The translations under genes were made by a program, and so were the position numbers. From Balanoglossus misakiensis (taxonomy: Eukaryota > Animalia > Hemichordata), in contig CM082579.2 in the NCBI GenBank assembly GCA_040954595.2, positions 7,739,625 to 7,803,624 on the forward strand: a DNA stretch of 64,000 nucleotides, written 5' to 3'. Shown here one piece after another: positions 56,333 through 64,000 of the stretch. Under the pieces are notes generated by a model that was given only the letters and a program-made list of their open reading frames with translations, had not been told where the DNA came from and ran no database searches. Positions within the stretch are counted from its first letter, which is position 1, and each line of letters begins with the position of its first letter.

Positions 56333-59300
56333 ATGATCGAGACGCTCTACGGATTATCAACACTGTTGTTCTGTGTTGTGTTTTTGTTGGGAACGTCGTG
56401 CAGCCATGGTGGACAAATGTACGGCGACGGCGACATGTGGACCACGGCCTGGGTTAACATAACCTACAAACACCCCCAGACTGGGCAGATAGTCTCGGAG
56501 AAGGAGGAGTCGGGGCGCTACGGCACGGGACCTATACGAAATGTCAAAGGGTGGGTTGTTCACACGAAACCCAAAGACGGCTGTGGCCGACTTCAGAATG
56601 ATTTCTCAAAGACTCCAAGTCCCTGGATCGCGCTGGTCAGTCGGGGAAACTGCACTTTTACCGATAAAGTCAGTAACGCGTCCGCTTTCAATGCTTCAGG
56701 GGTTGTGGTTTACAACAATGTCGAAAGCGGACAAATCGGAAAGATGTCATACACAGGTAGGTGGTAAAAAATGAACCCGTATGTACACCTTCAAGTGTGA
56801 AGACTTATATTTAAATTTTAGAAGTCTGGCATTGATAATGACCATGACTGTTGTATGGTATCAATAACGCAGCGAAAGGAAAACGATTCAACATTTTGAA
56901 TGTTGCTTTTTGTTTTCTTTTGTAACGTTATTGGAGTTGGACAACGGTGACAGTGCAGTGTAGGTTGGCTGACTGTAAGTCTGACCCAGTACTTAGTGTT
57001 ATTTGACGCGTCACAGCCGTGAACAAAATGTGTAGTGTACTTCAATTTTCATTATGTACAGTAAAAGCACAGTTTTATGACCGCAGGGCACGATTTTCAG
57101 TTTTATTGCTTGTAAATACATCTAACATTTCCTGTTTGTTCGGTAAGGTAAGTTGTGTTGTTCAAAGATTGAAGACGGGGCGGAAATCATGTTGCAGTGG
57201 GGATGATCATACATGCATGTGATCATGATGTAATTGCATCATCACATGGAAACTTTGTACAGAGACTACTAGAAAATTTGCCCAGTAACCACACACATTG
57301 AACACATACTACGTGTACATTGTATTCACTCTCGGCCTCTGAGTGCTTTTGTATACACTGTTCTAGCACTGCATCCAGTCGTTCACCCAGTGGTCAAGTG
57401 GTCCTTCTCTAACCTCATGCAATAGGCTCCTGTCTGACCTGTTGGACAGGAGCTCTTGCCTATAGAATTTAAGTGCTAAACCGGCTTTATTTGGTGGCAG
57501 GAGTTTTCAGACAAAAGTAGGAACACCACCTACAGTCTGACTGACTATTGTGATTCGAGTGTTTGCTGAGAACCAAAGGCTGTGAAGGAAATTGTGAAAT
57601 AAATATTATGGCTACAACGAAGCATTGAATTTAATACACTTCGGTGCAAATATACTGACTACATGAATGTGCCAGCAGATGGCAACTGTTGCGCTAAATT
57701 AAATTTATTGTGTAATTGTTGCTTGTCTACTTGCCAGACTTAATTAACTGGTTATAACTGCATTATTTACAATTGAATGCACAATGCTGGATGTGGCTGA
57801 GTGTGTATGTGCCACTGCGGAAGTAGGTCAAGTGGTAAACTGAAAATTTGTTTTTGCCCTGTCTCTTACAGACAGCGAGGTTGTCTTAGTTGCACACCCA
57901 TTGTCTTCCAGGAAAGTCGGTGAAAAATTTCTTATTAGAATATTACGGTTCTGATTACGTCATCGTAGCTACATGCAAAGTGAGTCGGTTTCCTTTGATG
58001 TTGTCTGCTGATGGGTATCCTTCATTGCTCTTCAGAACGAGTGGATGCGATTGCTTGGAACTAGTGTACCGGATAAGTCTGTCTTCATTTTTGAGCTGAA
58101 GTCGGATCAATTACTGACGTCAGTGACCACACTCGATTCCCCAGGTGCAATTGTCGGTGACACAGAGCAGGTGTAAGAGCCCACTGTTCTGCAGGATAAT
58201 CTCCAAAATCAATTATCACCCTGTACAAAAAAGATGATCTGAAATAAATCAAGATTTCTGAGTGGTGACAAAAGCGCCGATTGTCACTGTCAGTTGAGGC
58301 AAACAGAATAATCTCAATCACATTTTGTGACGTCCACATGAGGGAAAGTTCATCGAATTCGCGTTTCATTCCATCCAAGTTTGATAATGACGCTCGACCG
58401 ATCAGTTTCGTGCGCAGTCTATCACCGGTCAATCAGGAGAAAGTAGGGCACAGAGAAGTGTGTTGCATAAATTTGGTCAGAGAAACGCGTTTGAAATGAG
58501 CCTGCTGCAAATAAATTGATCATTGATTAGCCAGAATTCTGGGGGGGGGGGGGGGGGGGGTTGACCGCAGGGCGCAGGCCAGTGTATGTTAAATAGAATA
58601 TTTCTGCTGAAATGATATTTCAGGAATGTTCTTGCAAAATTGTTGATACCTATATTAACATACAGCATGTACAATGTACATGTAGGTGTACATTTTTGAG
58701 GTGGAAAGCAAGGGTTTCCATTATGATTCTGTTGGTAGTTCTAAGCTATTCTACTGAAAAATGAAATTTTATTACTCACCCTTTCAATTTTATCATTTAC
58801 ACATGTAACACTACATGGTGTGATCTGCTAAAACAGTTAAAAACTCATTCAATTTAGAAGAAGAATTTGTTATCAGTCTGTTGAATGTACCAGTTCCACA
58901 GGTCATTATCCGGTAACCGGGTATATAATGACATGGAAATGGGACAGTCCATGCTGACAATAACATTTGGTGAATGGGCAAAAAAATTATTAAATAAAAG
59001 GGCATATGAACATACACAGGCTTTAAACCCCCACTAGCTGCCAGTCTTTTGCATTTTTTCATAATATTACTGTCAAACTGAGATTGGTCCATTAATAATT
59101 AAAGGATCCTAGTCAGTGATTGTTGAACGTAATATCAACCTGTGATTAAGGTTTTATATTTAACTGTGAACTAGTTAAATAATAAGAAAAAGGTGTGGTG
59201 CACGTATTCATATTAGAATCATCTCAATCAAATTCAAAATGGTGTTGTCCATCAGCTGAGGAAAACATAGAGGTATTTTATTGGTCTTTAATAAGTGACA

Positions 59301-62243
59301 TGTATACCCAGTCTGATTATCTGCATTAGTTGTGTATTATTGATGTGCAGTACATGTATATTACATTAATACATGAGTGTGTTTGGTGCACTAAATTTCA
59401 TTTTTGGATTCAGGATATTCCCTTTTCCTCCATGTTGACATTTCATGAACCTATTAAAATGTCACTTTTCATGAAAGCTCTTATCTATATCAGCCCTTCA
59501 AGGAAAGAAACAGTCAGGTGATGCACAGCTCGAGTGCATTCACATGTCAGAGATCATCTGTAAGTGGATGTTCAGGGTACATGTACTTGTATTGTACATG
59601 GACCAGTTAAACACCCACCCAGTGCAATCACTTTGGTTGTTCCATGGATTGGGGGGGGGGGGGGAGGGGAAGGGGGAGGGGTCAAATGCAAAGATCATGA
59701 AGGTGGCCTACATGTAGTTGCATCTGTTGGGCATGTTTTAATTATCAAAGGCCCCTGATACTATCTAATGCTTTCACCATACCGTAAACATTTTTTTTTT
59801 CTCGGCCTAACATATTGATGATCGAGTCCTCCCATTTAGCAGACAAAATGGAAATCCGGTCGGTAATCGGCCAGCCAGCTGCCAGGCAAACTATGCCACC
59901 TGCTGTCCATAAAACACAATATTCCTCACAGAGACATTGAAATAAATCAAGCAAATTCAATAGAGAGTTAATTCACAGAATCCATATTTTCACCTTTTTT
60001 ATGGCCTGTTGACTCAAGGCAATTTCTAGAACATGTATGTGGTTTTAGGGACTGATCAGTTTCCTAGGCAAAGGGGGGGGGGGGTGTATTCATGGGGGGG
60101 GGGGGATCATTCACTTTTTATATCCACAAAATAGAATACACCCCCAGCCAAACAAAAACTGACCAGTCCCTTAATTTACAGTGGAGCTCTTCAGAGCTTT
60201 GCCACAAACAAGAGCAATATTCTTCCGACATAAATAATTTTTGAATATGTTGATAATTTGTTGTAAAAATTATAAAAATTAAAAATAACAGTACATTTCC
60301 TTTCATATAGAAAAACAAGAGCAGCATTGTACTTTTAAATTTGTATGTGGATATTATGAAATACACATTTCCTACGATAGCCATCAGTTTACATTCACTG
60401 CTGGACATCATATTGTGAACTAGGCCAAGATGAACTCTGGAGATGGAACATATAATTCCAGATCTTTGCATGCATATTCAATATGATAGCAAATATATAC
60501 GGGTTGTCTAGTATTGTAGTCAATTAAAATTGCCGTGAAACCCTCACATGTATAATGATGTGGGTAGCTCTTATACATGTGCTAGCATGTGTAACAGACC
60601 AGACATGGGAATTTGATTATTTGCCGCAGTTGGCTGAACCGTTTGATCACCCAAAGGAATTCAAATGGTCCACAGTCCCAATATGTCTATCATATGAAAT
60701 ATTTTTATTACGAGCCTTCCAGACATTGAACACATAAAGGTATCATACATCATACATGTATTGTAAAATAAGAGACATTTAGAACAGTTATTGTATAACA
60801 TACATGTATGTAGGTGAAACGGGAAATGCTATAACATGTGTAAATTCAGGAGTGTTATCTGAAGCCGTGTGGTGTGATTCAAATACAGGTTTCCGTTGAA
60901 CTACACACACAGTAAACATCCGGCATTGAATTGAATTGAGACATGATCATATTAAAGTGCGAAACACTCTTTTTTTCCCCTCCAGGTGATTTAACAGCAA
61001 TAATAGTTTCACTGGAAGATGGTGCCTACATTACTTCTCTTCTGGAAAACGGAACCAAGGTTTTCATGGACATTACCGTCGGCACGAGGACAATCCAGCG
61101 GGTGCGAGTCAGCAAGACGTCAGTCCTGTTCGTCTCGATATCCTTCATCGTTCTGATGGTCATATCGCTGGCCTGGCTGGTGTTCTACTACATCCAGCGG
61201 TTCAGATACGCCCACGCCAGGGACAAATCTCAGGTGAGTGGGGAGACTTAAAGATTTGTCCTGTCCCACTGCTAGTGTGTGTAAAGGCACTGTAGGAAGG
61301 ACAGAGAGTTCCTTCACGGGAAGAACACCCTACATGTAAAGTTTAATACACCTAGACCTTTCCATAAACAATTACCGGTAAATATGACTAGACCACAGCA
61401 TAGTAGTGAAATTATCAACAATAGTGTTTAACACAAAACTTGAAGATTTGGTGCGTGGCAAAGACAGTAGTACACATACACAAGGCTCACACTTCTGTCT
61501 ACGGCCAACGTTTTCCACATCAGACATCATCACAGATGAATTTTTCTCTCTGAGTTCAGGATATCCATGCCTGTGACAGAATTCCAAGCATAGTTTCACA
61601 GCGGTTTACTTAATTTGTTCTGTCATGTTTATGAAAGTCTTCTCTGCATCCCACTATAACATGTATGGCACAGTTTCGTGAGTTCATGTCATGTCTTATT
61701 TACAAAACGGGCGTTCTGTTGACCCTAGTGCTCTGTGGGTAATATATATATATGCATCCTGTCTGTAAATATCCAGCTTTCCCAAAAATCAAATAAACAC
61801 ATGTACTGGTGTGTAGACTAACTTGATTTCTCCACTGAAAAAAATATTGTGTACATATGGAGGATATGTAATATGTACATGTAGTTGGCAAGCCCTTCAG
61901 CCTCTGTTGAGAAAAAGAGTACGATGTGCTATAATTGCTTTAACTGCTGGTCTTGAGGGCATTGACTCCCAGCGGTCCGACAAACAGGCATCAGATTTCA
62001 CAACATGGAAATACAGATCTGAACCCTGGAACCTTTTCAGCAGTTTCCAGTATCCGAGGATAGCAGGCCACGTCAAAACATCCAAGCCTGAAGAGTCTAA
62101 ATCGAGAGTGTTTTTGCATTCCATTGGGTTTATCTCATTCGCTCAGATATCCAACGTGTTTGTCTTTTCAGAAACGATTGGGACGTGCCGCTAAGAAGGC
62201 CATTGCCAAGCTGCCACAGAGGACCCTCAAAGACTGTGATCCA
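56333..62243 (+). CDS. RNF150: PA-TM-RING E3 ubiquitin ligase, Goliath/RNF150/RNF130-like (5' part; RING exons beyond the window)
   Basis: Exons 56333-56756, 60986-61233, 62172-62243. Signal peptide, PA domain (WIALVSRGNCTFTDKV..ASGVVVYN), family TM signature SKTSVLFVSISFIVLMVISLAWLVFYYIQRFRYAHARD, then KRLGRAAKKAIAKLP. Probably co-orthologous to several vertebrate paralogs. Confidence 0.92.
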
Positions 62244-62341
62244 GTGAGTCTTTATTCATATCTCTCTCATATTTGCTTTTGTGTCGCCCAATAGTAGAAT
62301 CAGAGGTGTATTAATTCCTCCCCCCCCCCGCCCCCTCTCCC

Positions 62342-62381
62342 TCATCATCATCATCATCGACATCATCATCATCATCATCGA

Positions 62382-62425
<44 letters not shown>
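62342..62425. repeat. Interrupted (CAT)n microsatellite
   Basis: Read directly; intronic. Confidence 0.95.
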
Positions 62426-64000
62426 CCACAACAACCATCATTGAAGCAATTCGTGATTCGTCAAGTGTGATTCTCAAATAACATCCTCCTCTCACTCCCC
62501 CTTTCTGTTGGTTTCAGTTTGTGTCCACAAAATGCTGAAGCTTTCATGAGTTGAGACATCTTGTATTCACCAAGTTCTGTTCTTCAAGATAAGAGAGGCT
62601 TTGTTTGAATTCGTGAAAATGCACTGCACATGTTAATACGTGTGGCTTTCTGAGCATACGGCTGAAAAATATCATACATTTCTGGATGATTAAAAATTAA
62701 TTACCAAAGTATATAACCTGCAAAGTCTGATAAACCCTGAGTATTAATCTCACTCAAAATTTAATTTGCTCTTGTAGAGAGCTGTTGAACTATTGATAAA
62801 TCATCAATTTTGTAACTGTTGAGGATTATAATTAAATTTGTGATCAAACATTAAATAGGGTCAGATGAATTTGTGTTATCATGAAGAGTGGAGTCAATGA
62901 GCATGGTTGCTCATAGCTAGATATAATCTTAAAAAATGGAAACAAGCAATGATGTTCAAGCAGTTTTCTAAAGTGACCTTCGTTGAAATATACTGACTGA
63001 ACAGATCGGTCAGTGCAGTAATGAATATGCTGCTGTATTCCGTGTTTACTCCGGAAAATCCCGACACTTCACGGAATATTAGAGTGTAATCAGCTGCGAT
63101 GGTTGTGTGAATGACCTAAATTGTGTCTTTTCTTCCGCACCGGTATCAGCGAGGAGAAGTTGGGTTCACTGAACGAGAAGAATTTCAGAAAGCTGATTAG
63201 TCTCGATATCTTGCTGTACATGTGCGTCAGAGGGTCGTATGACCTTATGTGATGTCTTGAACAGCCTTCTGGCTACCTTTTCTTATAAAAAACAAACTCA
63301 AGAGAAGAAAGGAAATTTTGAGTTTGTTGACCTGCAGTAAATTTTTTATGGCCGTTTGTTATACTGCCTGTACATGCTCATAAAATGTTGTTTGTTTGCG
63401 TATTTTTTGGTACAGTTCTGTTTGTGCAGTGGCCATGGTCATAAACCAAGAATCCAGAGGACAGGCATAATGTCTGTGACACGTTGATACGTTGCTGACA
63501 CCACTATTGGAAATTATGTATAATTTTTATAACGCGATAAGCACCTCCTTAAAGATCCGCTATCTTGAACTCCATACACTATAATATACCAACCAGTTGA
63601 AATTTATTTTGAAGATATCATTTTACTGAAAAATCTGTCCCCAAACTTAATGCGAACATTAGCAATGTGATTTTCTTTGGACTTCTCAGAGAGAGATATG
63701 GCTATTGGCTATATAATGTACTATGGATCCATACAGCCTGAATCACATGATGACGATGATGGCAGTTGTGGTCGTGACGGATGGAAATTAATAGCCTATG
63801 GGGTAACAATTCTAATCTGATCAGCATAATTGCATTTACAGGTTTCAGATAAATGCGCCAGTCTCTCCTTACTCGCATTATGAAAGCATTGTGATGTTTT
63901 GTCTCAGTGCTGTGTCAAAACTTTAATGGGGACGGCAGTACCTTTTCCCCTTTATAAATAATCCTAGTGAAAGGGCGTTGACGTTAAGGTGATTCACGCG

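Noticed and set aside
58014-58022. U12-type donor-like GTATCCTTC
   Set aside because: Lies inside a complete GT-AG intron, with no flanking exon or U12 branch point found.
62256-62495. Poly-Met/poly-Ile ORFs (also the MYVC- and ER-repeat ORFs at 36840-37203 and 44202-44651)
   Set aside because: Translations of microsatellites.

Overview
Eukaryotic genomic DNA from an invertebrate animal. An invertebrate deuterostome such as an acorn worm is my inference from gene content and intron style, not proven. All introns are GT-AG; there is nothing prokaryotic and no CRISPR, rRNA or tRNA was seen. Gene order: four tandem EamA/SLC35G-like transporter genes (-; the first is cut by the window edge and is missing from the ORF track), UBE3A (-; 11 coding exons), an F-box/WD40 gene (-), TMEM165 (+; head-to-head with the F-box gene), CHST14/D4ST1 (-; one 6.1-kb intron), two tandem six-exon START-domain genes (+), an intronless membrane-anchored HxxxDG condensation/alcohol-acetyltransferase-type acyltransferase (+), an intronless type-I membrane protein (+), and the 5' part of a PA-TM-RING (Goliath/RNF150-like) ligase (+). 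The most unusual item is the type-I membrane protein. It carries an LDLa-like module fused to an apparently catalytically intact PPPDE/DeSI permuted-papain domain on the extracellular/lumenal side, plus endo-lysosomal sorting motifs. Next is the co-oriented START-START-acyltransferase block, a possible lipid-modifying cluster. Also present: a TTAA-flanked MITE, a perfect 62-bp palindromic element, strong TACATGTA enrichment and a mosaic CpG landscape. Exon boundaries were read by eye.
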